A stretch of DNA of 64,000 nt, from assembly GCA_963674595.2 (NCBI GenBank), contig CAXXFV010000023.1, positions 256,001 to 320,000 of the forward strand, in the 5' to 3' direction. The stretch is from a bacterium. GTDB taxonomy: Bacteria > Zhuqueibacterota > Zhuqueibacteria > Residuimicrobiales > Krinioviventaceae. Within the stretch, counting starts at the first letter, position 1. Every line of letters starts with the position of its first letter. Below, piece after piece: positions 27,633-38,017 of this stretch. A program made the translations under genes and the position numbers. The notes under the pieces were generated by a model. It saw only the letters and a list, made by a program, of their open reading frames with translations. It was not told the origin of the DNA and did no database searches.

Positions 27633-29753
27633 ATGAATATGAAAACAGATTTTAAATATTTTTTGACTGGTTTGTTGATTTTGGTTCTGGCTCAATTCGT
27701 TATGGCGGCCAAACCCCGTGTCTACAGTTATAATTCTCAAAGCGATTTCGAAAGAGGTACCTATAAAGGAATTTCCATTCTCCATCCCGGCAAGATTACG
27801 ATTTCTCCGGCCATGCAAATGATCGCTGAAACCGGTGACCCATACATCTGGGATATGGCCTGCGATTCCAAAGGGAATGTATATGCCGCTACAGGAAATG
27901 ATGGAAAACTCTATCGCTATACCGCGAATGGAGACAGTTCTCTCTTTTTTGATGCTCCTGAACTGGAAATTTATGCTGTTTGTTTAGACAAAAATGATCG
28001 TGTTTTTGCAGGCACTTCTCCGAATGGTAAGGTTTATTCCATTGACAAAGCAGGTAACAGTAAAGTCATTTTTGATCCCGATGAAATATATATTTGGGAT
28101 TTATTAATTGATAATAATAATCAGCTTTACGTCGCCACCGGGCAAGCCGGTAATATTTATAAAATAGATGAATCCGGAAAAGCGCAAACTGTACTAAAAA
28201 GCGGTCAAAGTCATATTCGTTGCCTGGCAGTTGATGAAAAGAATATATTATATGCCGGTACGGCAGGAAATGGCTTTGTTTATAAAATAGATAGTTTAAA
28301 CGATCCTTATGTTTTGTTTGATACGCAAATGCAGGAAGTACATAGTCTGGTTGTTTCTGAAAAGGAAAATTATCTGTATGCTGCTGCTTTTGGTGAACCA
28401 AGTCAATTAATGCCGGACATTTTAAAACCTCAAAAAAGTAAAAGTTCCAAAGATAACGGTACTGATAAAGGTGATAAAGACGTTGCTTTAGCACCGCAGG
28501 CTATTATTTTGGACGATTTTGCCCGAAGTGTCAAAGTCCCGACCGCTTTGTTTCGGATTGATAAAGATGGTTATGCGCGTGATTTATGGCTGGGTCAGGA
28601 CGAACGTATTCAAAAATTATTTATAACACCAGATGGATTGTTATTGTGTTTGAGTGAAAAGGGACGATTGCACCAGGTTTCTTCAAAAGGGCAGAGTTCG
28701 GTTTTGTTAAAAATTAAAGAAGCAGAATTAACGGCTGTATGCAGTTCTTCAAAAGACCGTTTATTTATAGGAACATCAAATATGGGGTGTATTTACTGTA
28801 TTGGTCCGAATCCTTCTGAAAATGCCGAATTTGAATCGGAAACCCTGGATACCGGGGTTATTTCTCAGTGGGGCGTGTTAACATGTGAAGGTATATTTAA
28901 TAAAAATAATTGCCGGTTTTTTACACGATCCGGTAATACCGAACAGGCCAATGAAACCTGGAGCGATTGGAAAACGGTGCGTATGGAAAATGGTGATATG
29001 CGAATTGACTCACCTTTAGCACGGTTTGTACAATGGAAATGTGAGCTGCTGAAATCCGGAGGTGCGGCACCGGTTTTGGATAAAGTGTCTATTTCCTATC
29101 TTCAGAAAAATTTACCGCCGGAAGTAACAGACGTGGTTGTTCATAAACCCGGCGATTATTATGAAATGGATGATTCCAACAACAAAGGAAAGGGAGTGGT
29201 TTACCCCAAACCGTTACCCTCAAGCCAAAACAAAAGAGGCTTTCAAAGTGTTGATTGGTTTTTTCAGGACCCCAATTTTGACGGTCTTTTGTTTGATGTT
29301 TATTATCAAAGACTGGGCGATCCTTCATGGATTGCTTTTGTGAAAAAATTTGAATCCAATTTTTATTCATGGGATACACAGCAGTTGGCTGATGGTCAAT
29401 ATTTGATCAAAGTTGTTGCCACGGATTCCCCGAACAATCCGGCAGGTTCTGAATTATCCGGTGAACATACAAGCCAGGAGTTTGTCATTGATAATACCGG
29501 TCCGCAGGTTAAATTTATTGAACAGAATGACAATAAAGCAACTTTTCAGATAACCGATTCATGGAGTATGATTAGGGAAATTTATATCAGTATCAATGCA
29601 CAGGACTGGCAGCTTGTCTATCCTGTAGACGGGATTAGTGATTCGAAAAATGAAAAAATTGAGATAAATATTGATAACGATGTAAAAAATATAGCTGTTA
29701 AAGTCATGGATGCTGTTGATAATACAACAGTCGTTCATAAGGTATTTAAATAA
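27633..29753 (+). CDS. Secreted beta-propeller protein with C-terminal Ig/FN3-like domains
   Basis: Signal peptide; repeats such as IWDMACDSKGNVYAATGNDGKLY, IYAVCLDKNDRVFAGTSPNGKVY and IWDLLIDNNNQLYVATGQAGNIY; TRSGNT..WSDW..RFVQWK; DGQYLIKVVATD..IDNTGP. Confidence 0.8.
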   Translation: MNMKTDFKYFLTGLLILVLAQFVMAAKPRVYSYNSQSDFERGTYKGISILHPGKITISPAMQMIAETGDPYIWDMACDSKGNVYAATGNDGKLYRYTANGDSSLFFDAPELEIYAVCLDKNDRVFAGTSPNGKVYSIDKAGNSKVIFDPDEIYIWDLLIDNNNQLYVATGQAGNIYKIDESGKAQTVLKSGQSHIRCLAVDEKNILYAGTAGNGFVYKIDSLNDPYVLFDTQMQEVHSLVVSEKENYLYAAAFGEPSQLMPDILKPQKSKSSKDNGTDKGDKDVALAPQAIILDDFARSVKVPTALFRIDKDGYARDLWLGQDERIQKLFITPDGLLLCLSEKGRLHQVSSKGQSSVLLKIKEAELTAVCSSSKDRLFIGTSNMGCIYCIGPNPSENAEFESETLDTGVISQWGVLTCEGIFNKNNCRFFTRSGNTEQANETWSDWKTVRMENGDMRIDSPLARFVQWKCELLKSGGAAPVLDKVSISYLQKNLPPEVTDVVVHKPGDYYEMDDSNNKGKGVVYPKPLPSSQNKRGFQSVDWFFQDPNFDGLLFDVYYQRLGDPSWIAFVKKFESNFYSWDTQQLADGQYLIKVVATDSPNNPAGSELSGEHTSQEFVIDNTGPQVKFIEQNDNKATFQITDSWSMIREIYISINAQDWQLVYPVDGISDSKNEKIEINIDNDVKNIAVKVMDAVDNTTVVHKVFK

Positions 29754-29774
29754 TAAACGGGAACAAGTAAATAA

Positions 29775-30761
29775 ATGACAGGAAAATACAACTGGACAGA
29801 GTTTAACCGTTTTATTGAGGATAAAAAAGAAATCCTCATTACCACCCACGTCCATCCGGATGGTGATGCGATTGGTTCTGAAATTGCTCTCGCCATCTAT
29901 CTCGAACAACTCGGTAAAAAAGTTGTCATATTGAACAGTGATCCCATGCCCGGGTATTTCAAGTTTTTAGATCCCAAAAACCAGGTAATAACTTTTAAGG
30001 GTGATGAACATCATGATCTGATAAAACAGTGTGATGCGGCTGTATCTGTAGATATATCTGAATGGCGGCGTTTGGGCAAAGTCGGTGAAATAATTCAGCA
30101 GATCAACCTTGCCATGGCCTGTATTGATCATCATATTGCTTCGGAAAAATTTGTCGATGTATTTATTTCCGATTCCCATGCATCTTCTACGGGTGAACTT
30201 ATTTATGACCTTGTGTTACAAAATAATGGTGAATTTACACCACAACTTTTAAATGCCCTTTATACATGTATTTTAACAGATACAGGATCGTTTCGCTTTT
30301 CAAATACAACCCCGCATACCCATAAAATCATTTCTGATCTTATTGCGCGAAATGTTGATTTTATAGGAGTTTATAAACATGTTTACGAGAGTTACTCTTT
30401 TGGACGGACAAAGCTGATTGGTTCTGTGTTGTCTAATTTACAGCAGGATTGTAACGGGCGTTTGGTATGGTTTGTGCTTAGTAATAAAATGATTGCCGAT
30501 GCCGGTATAGAGTTTTGGGAAACAGAAAGTTTTTCCGAACTGACGCGGAATATTAAAGATGTTGAGGTTTCTCTCATGTTTACCGAGGTGGACCGTGGGA
30601 CCAAAGTCAGTCTCCGTTCCAAAGGTCAAGTCGAGGTGAATACATTGGCAAAATCATTTGGCGGTGGTGGACACAAATTTGCTTCCGGTGCAACAATCCC
30701 CAAACCGTTAGACAACGTTGTTGAGGATGTTGTTATGGCGGCAAAAAAGCTTTTTCAATAA
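29775..30761 (+). CDS. nrnA: DHH/DHHA1 bifunctional oligoribonuclease / PAP phosphatase
   Basis: THVHPDGDAIGS, IDHH, TDTGSF, KVSLRS, GGGGHKFASG. Confidence 0.92.
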   Translation: MTGKYNWTEFNRFIEDKKEILITTHVHPDGDAIGSEIALAIYLEQLGKKVVILNSDPMPGYFKFLDPKNQVITFKGDEHHDLIKQCDAAVSVDISEWRRLGKVGEIIQQINLAMACIDHHIASEKFVDVFISDSHASSTGELIYDLVLQNNGEFTPQLLNALYTCILTDTGSFRFSNTTPHTHKIISDLIARNVDFIGVYKHVYESYSFGRTKLIGSVLSNLQQDCNGRLVWFVLSNKMIADAGIEFWETESFSELTRNIKDVEVSLMFTEVDRGTKVSLRSKGQVEVNTLAKSFGGGGHKFASGATIPKPLDNVVEDVVMAAKKLFQ

Positions 30762-30818
30762 AATCATAAATGATTCTTCTATTGAATATTATTAACAGGA
30801 TCAATTGTTATATTTAAT

Positions 30819-33800
30819 ATGAATATATTGGGCACAAAAAAAGACGACTCTATTTTTCAATTGAGTTCACGAATCCTTTCGCAAACCGATTCGGTGCAGG
30901 CATTCCTTTTGGTTAGAAGGCTGCTGGTCGATTTGGTCCCTTGTGATGCTGTTTTATTACTAGTCGGTGACCAAAGTGCAGGAAATCTTCAGGCCCTTGA
31001 AAAATATAATCAGGACAGCTCCTTACCCTATCTTCCGGAAATATCTTATAAAGACCCGGTTGTTGATTTTATTTTCAGAGAAAAAAAGATATTTACCCGG
31101 GAAATGGCCGAGGACCCGCTCGTCACTTCAATGAAGGCAGAAGTATTTGTACCGCTGCATTCTTCGGATGATGAATATGGATTCATATATATTGCCCGCA
31201 CCTATTTAGAGCGTTTTTCACATGATGAGCTTTTGCTTCTTGAAAATATTGCAGCCGGCTTGTCCATTGTTTTTGAACGGCAAAAATATCAATTTTCTTT
31301 CAAACAATTGCAGGGTGTTGTGGATAAATGGCAGCAAAAATATTATGCTCTGCTTGAGGGATTCAAATTTCCGGCTTTGATTGTTGATTTGGAAAACGAC
31401 AGTGTTAAGGATATTAATGACAGCGCCATTGCTCTTTTTAATGTTGAGCAGGATAAACTTTTTACCATACCGTTTTCCAAAATATGTAAATTTCCTGACT
31501 TGAAAAATGGCAAAAAAGCTGAATTCAAGTCTCCTGTTGAACTTTATACGACCGGTCAGGTGAAAAACGTTCAGGCTGTTTTTTCCCGTATCGGCGGACA
31601 GGAATCCAGTGAATATTTTGTCAACTTTTTACTGCCCCAGGAAGGCTCAGATGCCGAGTTTTCAAATTGGTTAAATGATTTTCAGTCATTATGTAAAGAT
31701 ATAACATATTCTCCGAATTTTGGTAATGTCCTTAAAAAGCCATTAAAATCCATGCTTTCATATTGGGGAGCTAAATATTTAACGTTTCAGCAGTTTGATG
31801 TAAATGATCACCCTAAACCGGTTTTAGGCTTGCAGCAGGATGGTTCGGAAAATACAGGATTGAATGATTTTCTTTATTTTTCCCTGAACAGCGGCCCGTT
31901 CCAGCAGTTTCCCGATCAAGCCAAATCAATCTTTATTGATGATGTATCAAAACAAAAAGAACAACATGAATGGCAGGTTGTTGCCGAACGGTGTGGAATT
32001 TCTTCCTATGTTCGTTTACCGATTTTGTCGGAGGATGATGAAAAAAGTATTGTTAATCTTTATTTTGCCGACAAAACATCCTGGGACACCCGTCAAATTG
32101 AAATTTTTGAATCCATACGAAAAAGTTTGCAAGAATTATCAAAACGATATACGGCGCTTTCGGAATTATCTTCCTATCAAAATCAAATTCAGGCAGTCAA
32201 ACAGTTTTTAAGCAGTACTTCCAGTGGCGGGAATATTAAAGATATTGTATTGAATTCAGCAGATACCCTGAACCAATTTGTTGAATTTGATTGTCTGGTT
32301 GTGACGGTATTTGACAATAAACAAATCCCGGCAAGTTATGAATTATGCCAGAAATCTGTTTCACTCCATTTGGATCGTTCTTATCAACGTAAGGCCATTG
32401 AAAAGTCGCTGTTTGGTTGGGTACAAACTGAACCAAATATGGAAAACGAATCATCTGAGAATGGTGTTTCGGATATCCGGCCGAAAAGTTTGTTATACAA
32501 AATGCCGGTCAATAAAACATTTCTATTAATGCAAAATGAACGTTTTTTAGGTAGTTTGTCCCTTGGTCGTGTTGAAGAAAATTCTTTTTCCGTAAATGAT
32601 ATAAAAACAGTCGAATATTTTTGTGTTCATTTGGCACAGTTCCTAGACAAATCAAAAGAGCACCCTCACGGAAAAAAGTTTGTAGAAATTGATACGTTGA
32701 CTCGTTTACTTGAAAAAACCGCTCAAAGTGAAAATTTGGATGATGTCTTGAAGCAAATTCAATCAGGTTTTGCGGGATTGATGGATGCAGACTTTGACCA
32801 TATCGTTACTCTTACGGACCAAAAACTCCGTTTAAAACAATTAAACTGGCTATCGGAACCGTTACGTGAGGCTATATCTGAAAAAGAGATAAAAATATTG
32901 TCCGACTTTATGCTGACAAGCCATACCCCTGTTTATTTTCCGGATATTAGCTTTTTTAAAGACAAAATCGGTAAACCGGAATTAAACATTAAACCCGAAT
33001 TGTTTTCTCCGTTTATTATAGCCCCTGTTTTTTTCAGCGACATTGCCCGATATTATCTTGTTGCCGGCTGGCAGCATTCCCCTGATGATAATATTGATTT
33101 AAACCTGGTGCAGGGATTTGTTCGGTTCGTTGAAAAACTCCTTTTAAATAAAAATCTTTATACAGGCATTCAGGAACAAAATGAACAGCTTGAACAGTTT
33201 GTTTATACTGTTTCTCATGATTTGAAAACACCCATTCAGACGATTAAAAGTTTTTCCGAATTGCTCAAGGAAGAATTGGGAGACGAGATATCAAATGACG
33301 CTCAAAAATATCTTGAGCGTATGAATGCCAACCTGGACCAAATGAACCGGTTGATTCTTGATTTGCTGGAATTTTCCCGGATTGGCCGGGTGGACTCCAA
33401 TTTTGAACCTGTTGATATAAATGAAATTGTTGACCAGGTCGTTCAGAGTTTTTCTGTTTTATTGGATAAAAATAATATAGAACTTGAAATTTTAAAAAAA
33501 CTTCCAGAAATTACCGCTGTCTCTACAGGTATTTATCAGGTTTTTTCCAATTTAATATCAAACGCGTTAAAGTTTTCGAAAAGTGCAAATAAACCCAAAA
33601 TTACCATAGATTATTCGGAAATTCCGGGATTTTACGAGTTTAGTGTTGCTGATAACGGTTGTGGGGTCCCAAAAGAATTAAGCACAAAGGTTTTTGAACT
33701 GTTCCGTACTCAAAATGGAGACATGAATCAGGAAGGTACAGGCGTGGGATTAGCAATTGTAAAAAAAATTATAGAGCTTCATAATGGTAAGGTTTGGGTA

Positions 33801-33854
33801 GAAGAAAGGTCCGGGGGAGGGGCAGACTTTCGGTTTACGATTCAAAAAAAATAG
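30819..33854 (+). CDS. Cytoplasmic multi-GAF/PAS sensor histidine kinase
   Basis: H-box FVYTVSHDLKTP, N-box NLISNALKF, DNGCG, GTGVGLAIVKKI; long N-terminus with GAF/PAS-like segments and no TM helix. Confidence 0.9.
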   Translation: MNILGTKKDDSIFQLSSRILSQTDSVQAFLLVRRLLVDLVPCDAVLLLVGDQSAGNLQALEKYNQDSSLPYLPEISYKDPVVDFIFREKKIFTREMAEDPLVTSMKAEVFVPLHSSDDEYGFIYIARTYLERFSHDELLLLENIAAGLSIVFERQKYQFSFKQLQGVVDKWQQKYYALLEGFKFPALIVDLENDSVKDINDSAIALFNVEQDKLFTIPFSKICKFPDLKNGKKAEFKSPVELYTTGQVKNVQAVFSRIGGQESSEYFVNFLLPQEGSDAEFSNWLNDFQSLCKDITYSPNFGNVLKKPLKSMLSYWGAKYLTFQQFDVNDHPKPVLGLQQDGSENTGLNDFLYFSLNSGPFQQFPDQAKSIFIDDVSKQKEQHEWQVVAERCGISSYVRLPILSEDDEKSIVNLYFADKTSWDTRQIEIFESIRKSLQELSKRYTALSELSSYQNQIQAVKQFLSSTSSGGNIKDIVLNSADTLNQFVEFDCLVVTVFDNKQIPASYELCQKSVSLHLDRSYQRKAIEKSLFGWVQTEPNMENESSENGVSDIRPKSLLYKMPVNKTFLLMQNERFLGSLSLGRVEENSFSVNDIKTVEYFCVHLAQFLDKSKEHPHGKKFVEIDTLTRLLEKTAQSENLDDVLKQIQSGFAGLMDADFDHIVTLTDQKLRLKQLNWLSEPLREAISEKEIKILSDFMLTSHTPVYFPDISFFKDKIGKPELNIKPELFSPFIIAPVFFSDIARYYLVAGWQHSPDDNIDLNLVQGFVRFVEKLLLNKNLYTGIQEQNEQLEQFVYTVSHDLKTPIQTIKSFSELLKEELGDEISNDAQKYLERMNANLDQMNRLILDLLEFSRIGRVDSNFEPVDINEIVDQVVQSFSVLLDKNNIELEILKKLPEITAVSTGIYQVFSNLISNALKFSKSANKPKITIDYSEIPGFYEFSVADNGCGVPKELSTKVFELFRTQNGDMNQEGTGVGLAIVKKIIELHNGKVWVEERSGGGADFRFTIQKK

Positions 33855-33910
33855 AATAAAAATCCTCATTTTACATTTCTTTATATTCAATTTATGTGGT
33901 TGACTAATTT

Positions 33911-35743
33911 ATGAGTGAAAAAAACAAGGTTCTTATTATAGAAGATCATTTCGAGCAAGCTCGATTAATGGAAGTGTTGTTACTTCGTCATAGCAGTAAT
34001 TTTTCCGTGCATATTGTTGCAGATGCGGAAACCGGTCTGAAAAGACTTGAAGAAGAAAAATTTGATATAGTAGTGTTGGATTATAATCTTCCAAATTTAA
34101 ATGGTTTGGAAACTTTGAAAATTATTAAAAAACGCCAACTTTCCGTGCCGATCATTATGGTTACGGGACAAGGTGACGAACGGATTGCTGTTGAAGCCAT
34201 GCGGCAAGGCGCTCATGATTATATTGTAAAATCACCTGATCACATGGACCTTTTACCGCGTGTATTGACTCGGGCCGTTGAAGAACAACGTTTGTCGTCA
34301 CGGTTGGAACAGAGTGAAAAACGTTACTTTGCCCTGTTTGAAACAGCCAGTATTGCCATTTTTATAGCCAACGCTGAAAATTTTCAACTATTGCAAATTA
34401 ATAAAATGGCCGAACATCTTTTACAATCACTGGAAAAAGATTTAGTAAATAAAAATTTTATTGAATTATGTTCCGCAAAATCACAAAAAATCGTTGCAGA
34501 TGCCTTGTCCCATATAAGCGAAAAGAAACAGATCAACCTGGATAATCTTTATCTGGTTCGTTCAGACAACCGAATTATCCCGGTAGATTTAAATGGAAGT
34601 ATAGTAAAAATCGGCGATAACCATGTGATCCAGCTTTTTGTTCGGGATATTAGTGAAAAAGTTAAAATGCAGCGCCAGCTTTTGCTGAGCCGCCAGCGTT
34701 TGATTTCTTTGTTTGATGGAATTACCGATTTAATTTCGGTCCAGGACCACGAATATAATTTGGTAATGGGAAATAAAAAATATTCACAGGTAACTCGTCA
34801 ACATAATGAGCAACTGGTCGGAAACAAGTGTTACAAATCTCTTTTCGGCAGGGAGCAACCCTGTGAAAATTGTCCGGCATTTGCAACCTATAAAACCGGG
34901 CAATCCCATTCTATTGAAATTTTTCACAAAGGGAGAACATATCTAATCTGGACATTTCCCATGGCCGGTCTTGATGGTAAACCTGATTTTATTGTCGAAT
35001 ATACCAAAGATGTTACGGAACAAAAGGAAATTGAAAAACAACTGATAAAATCGGAAAAATTGGCTTCCGTAGGATTGCTCTCTTCGGGAATCGCCCATGA
35101 ACTGCGAAATCCTTTAAATATTATCGAAACCGCCCGGTACTCGATTGGTATGGAATTGACTGAACAGAATGAAAATGTTGATAACAAGCTGGAAATGATC
35201 AAAAAAAATGTACGGCGGGCAGCGTTTATTATTGATAATTTGTTACAGTTTTCCCGGCATTCTGAATTCGAGCGGGAAAAGGTGGATATTGAAAAACTAA
35301 TCGATACTACCATATCATTGGTTAAAAAGGAAATCAGCCAAAGACACATTGAATGTGTTTTAAATTTTAAAAATGTACCCAAAGTATATTTTAGTATCGA
35401 TTCATTAAAACAGGTATTTTTAAATATTATTATGAATGCTTTCCAGGCCATGCCGGAAGGCGGTACGCTGGAGATAAGTTCAAAATTGTCTAATGACGGA
35501 AACTGGGTGTTGGCCAGTTTTGTGGATAGCGGCGTAGGAATTTCAGAAGAGAATATGAAACATATTTTCACCCCGTTTTTTACTACAAAACGTACAAAAG
35601 GCGGGACCGGATTGGGATTGTATCTGTCCTATTCTGTCCTAAAAAGAGAAGGCGGCGATTTGATCGTAAAAAGTGATGAAAAATACGGCAGCAATTTTAC
35701 CGTTAAATTACCTATTGCAAAACCTGGTGACAAACCTGTCTAA
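33911..35743 (+). CDS. Hybrid REC-PAS-PAS-histidine kinase
   Basis: Receiver IIED..LDYNLP..VTG..YIVKS; PAS with KCY..PCENCP; GIAHELRNPL, NAFQAM, DSGVG, PFFTTK, GTGLGL. Confidence 0.93.
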   Translation: MSEKNKVLIIEDHFEQARLMEVLLLRHSSNFSVHIVADAETGLKRLEEEKFDIVVLDYNLPNLNGLETLKIIKKRQLSVPIIMVTGQGDERIAVEAMRQGAHDYIVKSPDHMDLLPRVLTRAVEEQRLSSRLEQSEKRYFALFETASIAIFIANAENFQLLQINKMAEHLLQSLEKDLVNKNFIELCSAKSQKIVADALSHISEKKQINLDNLYLVRSDNRIIPVDLNGSIVKIGDNHVIQLFVRDISEKVKMQRQLLLSRQRLISLFDGITDLISVQDHEYNLVMGNKKYSQVTRQHNEQLVGNKCYKSLFGREQPCENCPAFATYKTGQSHSIEIFHKGRTYLIWTFPMAGLDGKPDFIVEYTKDVTEQKEIEKQLIKSEKLASVGLLSSGIAHELRNPLNIIETARYSIGMELTEQNENVDNKLEMIKKNVRRAAFIIDNLLQFSRHSEFEREKVDIEKLIDTTISLVKKEISQRHIECVLNFKNVPKVYFSIDSLKQVFLNIIMNAFQAMPEGGTLEISSKLSNDGNWVLASFVDSGVGISEENMKHIFTPFFTTKRTKGGTGLGLYLSYSVLKREGGDLIVKSDEKYGSNFTVKLPIAKPGDKPV

Positions 35744-35786
35744 ACGAAAATTATTTATTAATTTATAATCGTCATGGACAATGATA

Positions 35787-35815
35787 TTGACAATAAAATA
35801 ATAAATCGTTAAATT
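35787..35815 (+). promoter_or_regulatory. Sigma-70-type promoter upstream of the polyprenyl synthetase
   Basis: TTGACA-N17-TAAATT. Confidence 0.55.
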
Positions 35816-35875
35816 ATAAATCATAAATTTCGTTATAGTTAGCAGGTTTTTATATGTACCAGAAAAGGATGATGC

Positions 35876-36850
35876 GTGGAAATAAACGACGTTTTTTTAC
35901 CGGTTAGAGACCATCTTGATGAATTTGAAAAGGCCTTTTCGGACCTGCTTCATTCCAATATACCCCTTGTTGATCAAATTGTTCGATATATTGCCACAAA
36001 AAGAGGAAAACGTCTTCGACCTTTACTCGTTTTGCTTTCTGCGCGGCTGCACGGACAAATAACCAAAAAGACGCTTCAGGCCGGAATGGTTGTTGAAATG
36101 CTGCATACGGCAACCCTGGTTCATGATGATGTTGTTGACGAATCCGAATTACGGCGGGGTTCACCAACCGTTAACAACATGTGGGACAATAAAATATCCA
36201 TTTTAATCGGTGATTTTCTTTTTTCAAAAACCCTTTCCAGTGTTCTGGATATGCGTGATTATGATGCTCTTTCTATTCTGGCGGAAACGGCAAAAGAAAT
36301 TACCGAAGGTGAGTTGCTGCAAATTGAACGCGGTAATGACATAAACATGGGTAAAGATATATATTTTGATCTGGTTTCCAAAAAAACAGCTTCTTTAATC
36401 AGCGCTTCCTGCGAACTTGGTGCGCTTTCTGTTAACGGAAGCAAAGAGGACCTGAAGCGGATGCATGATTTTGGAATGAATTTGGGAATTGCTTTTCAAA
36501 TACAGGATGACCTGCTGGACTATATCGGTGATTCTTCCGTGTTGGGCAAACCAACCGGAAACGATATTAGGGAAAATAAAGTCACTCTGCCGCTGATTCT
36601 TTCGCTGCCGTCTTCTGATGAGGAGGAACAAAATCGTATATTATCCATGTTTGAACAGGGAATTGAAAACGATAGCCAGGTCGCAGATGTTATTCGTTTT
36701 GTCGGTAACAACGGTGGTGTTGAAAAATCACGAGAAATTGCAAACCAATATATGGACAAAGCGATTGGAATATTGTCCGAATATCCGGATTCTGACAAAT
36801 TGAATGATTTGAAAAATCTTGTGCAATATTTAATACGTCGAGAAAAATAA
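35876..36850 (+). CDS. ispB: Long-chain polyprenyl diphosphate synthase (octaprenyl-PP synthase-like)
   Basis: GKRLRP, HTATLVHDDVVD (FARM), RRG, GDFL, KTASL, FQIQDDLLD (SARM), GKPTGND; GTG start with AGGA RBS. Confidence 0.88.
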   Translation: MEINDVFLPVRDHLDEFEKAFSDLLHSNIPLVDQIVRYIATKRGKRLRPLLVLLSARLHGQITKKTLQAGMVVEMLHTATLVHDDVVDESELRRGSPTVNNMWDNKISILIGDFLFSKTLSSVLDMRDYDALSILAETAKEITEGELLQIERGNDINMGKDIYFDLVSKKTASLISASCELGALSVNGSKEDLKRMHDFGMNLGIAFQIQDDLLDYIGDSSVLGKPTGNDIRENKVTLPLILSLPSSDEEEQNRILSMFEQGIENDSQVADVIRFVGNNGGVEKSREIANQYMDKAIGILSEYPDSDKLNDLKNLVQYLIRREK

Positions 36851-36897
36851 AAAACGATTGCTTGTGTCATTCCTGAAACCAACTTCCAATTGAAAAT

Positions 36898-37932
36898 TTG
36901 AAAGAATTGCATAAAATACTCGTCATCCGCTTTAGTTCTATTGGTGATATTTTATTATCATTTCCGCTTTTACGAATATTAAAAAAGCGTTTTCCAAATG
37001 CATCTGTTGATTTTGTGACAAAGTTACAATACAAAGAGCTTTTGGCGACAAATCCTCACCTGAATCATATTTACTATCTCCCAACTCACAGCAAATTTTC
37101 TGATTTGAAACAATTGCGAAAAGAAATCTCTAACCAGAAATACGACCTGATTGTTGATATTCATAAAAATTTCCGCAGTTTTTATTTACGTGCCTTTTCT
37201 TTTGCTCAAGTAGTAAAATACCATAAATATCGTATTCAGCGATTTTTTTTGATTCAATTTAAATTCAATTTTTATCAAAAATATACTCCCGTATATAAAA
37301 GATATATTGACAGTGTTAAAAGTTTTCAGATAGAGGATGACAAAGAGGGCCTCGAGTTCTTTTTAAATGATAAAGGATGTGAACATGTCAGACAAAAATT
37401 ATCTGCCAAAGGTCTCCAACAAGATGGGTTGATTGTTGCTGTTGCTGCCGGGGCCAGTTTTCCAACGAAACGATGGCTTCCGGAATATTTTGCCCGGGTT
37501 ATCCAGAGTATCAGCCATTCAACGCCGGTGCAGTTTGTTTTGTTTGGTGATAAAAATGACCGAAAAAATACGGATTACATTGAATCCCTGGTTGAATTTC
37601 CAGTGATTAATATTGCCGGTGAATTTGGACTGATGGAAACGGCCTGTGCCCTTTCATTTGCAGATCTAGTTCTTACCAATGACACCGGGCTTTTGCATCT
37701 ATCCATGGCCCTGAAAAAGAAAACTGTCGCTATATTCGGGCCCACAACCCGTGAATTGGGATTTTACCCTGTTGGAGAAAATGTTCGGGTGCTTGAGAAT
37801 AATGCCCTCGACTGCCGGCCATGCACCCATATCGGTACCAATAAATGTCCCAAAAAGCATTTTAAATGTATGACAGAAATTACACCGGACGTTGTTATCG
37901 GTGTTTTACAGGATATATTGAACCGTGTTTAA
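36898..37932 (+). CDS. waaF: Glycosyltransferase family 9 (LPS heptosyltransferase II-like)
   Basis: ILVIRFSSIGD, TKRW, NDTGLLH, IFGPT, CRPC..C..CM. Confidence 0.85.
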   Translation: MKELHKILVIRFSSIGDILLSFPLLRILKKRFPNASVDFVTKLQYKELLATNPHLNHIYYLPTHSKFSDLKQLRKEISNQKYDLIVDIHKNFRSFYLRAFSFAQVVKYHKYRIQRFFLIQFKFNFYQKYTPVYKRYIDSVKSFQIEDDKEGLEFFLNDKGCEHVRQKLSAKGLQQDGLIVAVAAGASFPTKRWLPEYFARVIQSISHSTPVQFVLFGDKNDRKNTDYIESLVEFPVINIAGEFGLMETACALSFADLVLTNDTGLLHLSMALKKKTVAIFGPTTRELGFYPVGENVRVLENNALDCRPCTHIGTNKCPKKHFKCMTEITPDVVIGVLQDILNRV

Positions 37933-38017
37933 GCCGCCTATCTTTATCTTGTATATAATAATAAGGTTTAGTATATTTTAGTTTTGATTAAAATATAACA
38001 TAAGAAGGATAAAATAC

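Noticed and set aside
34924-35571. 215-aa antisense ORF, and the many other 60-165 aa overlapping ORFs in the track
   Set aside because: They lie opposite or inside well-supported genes, show no recognisable motifs, and are expected shadow ORFs.
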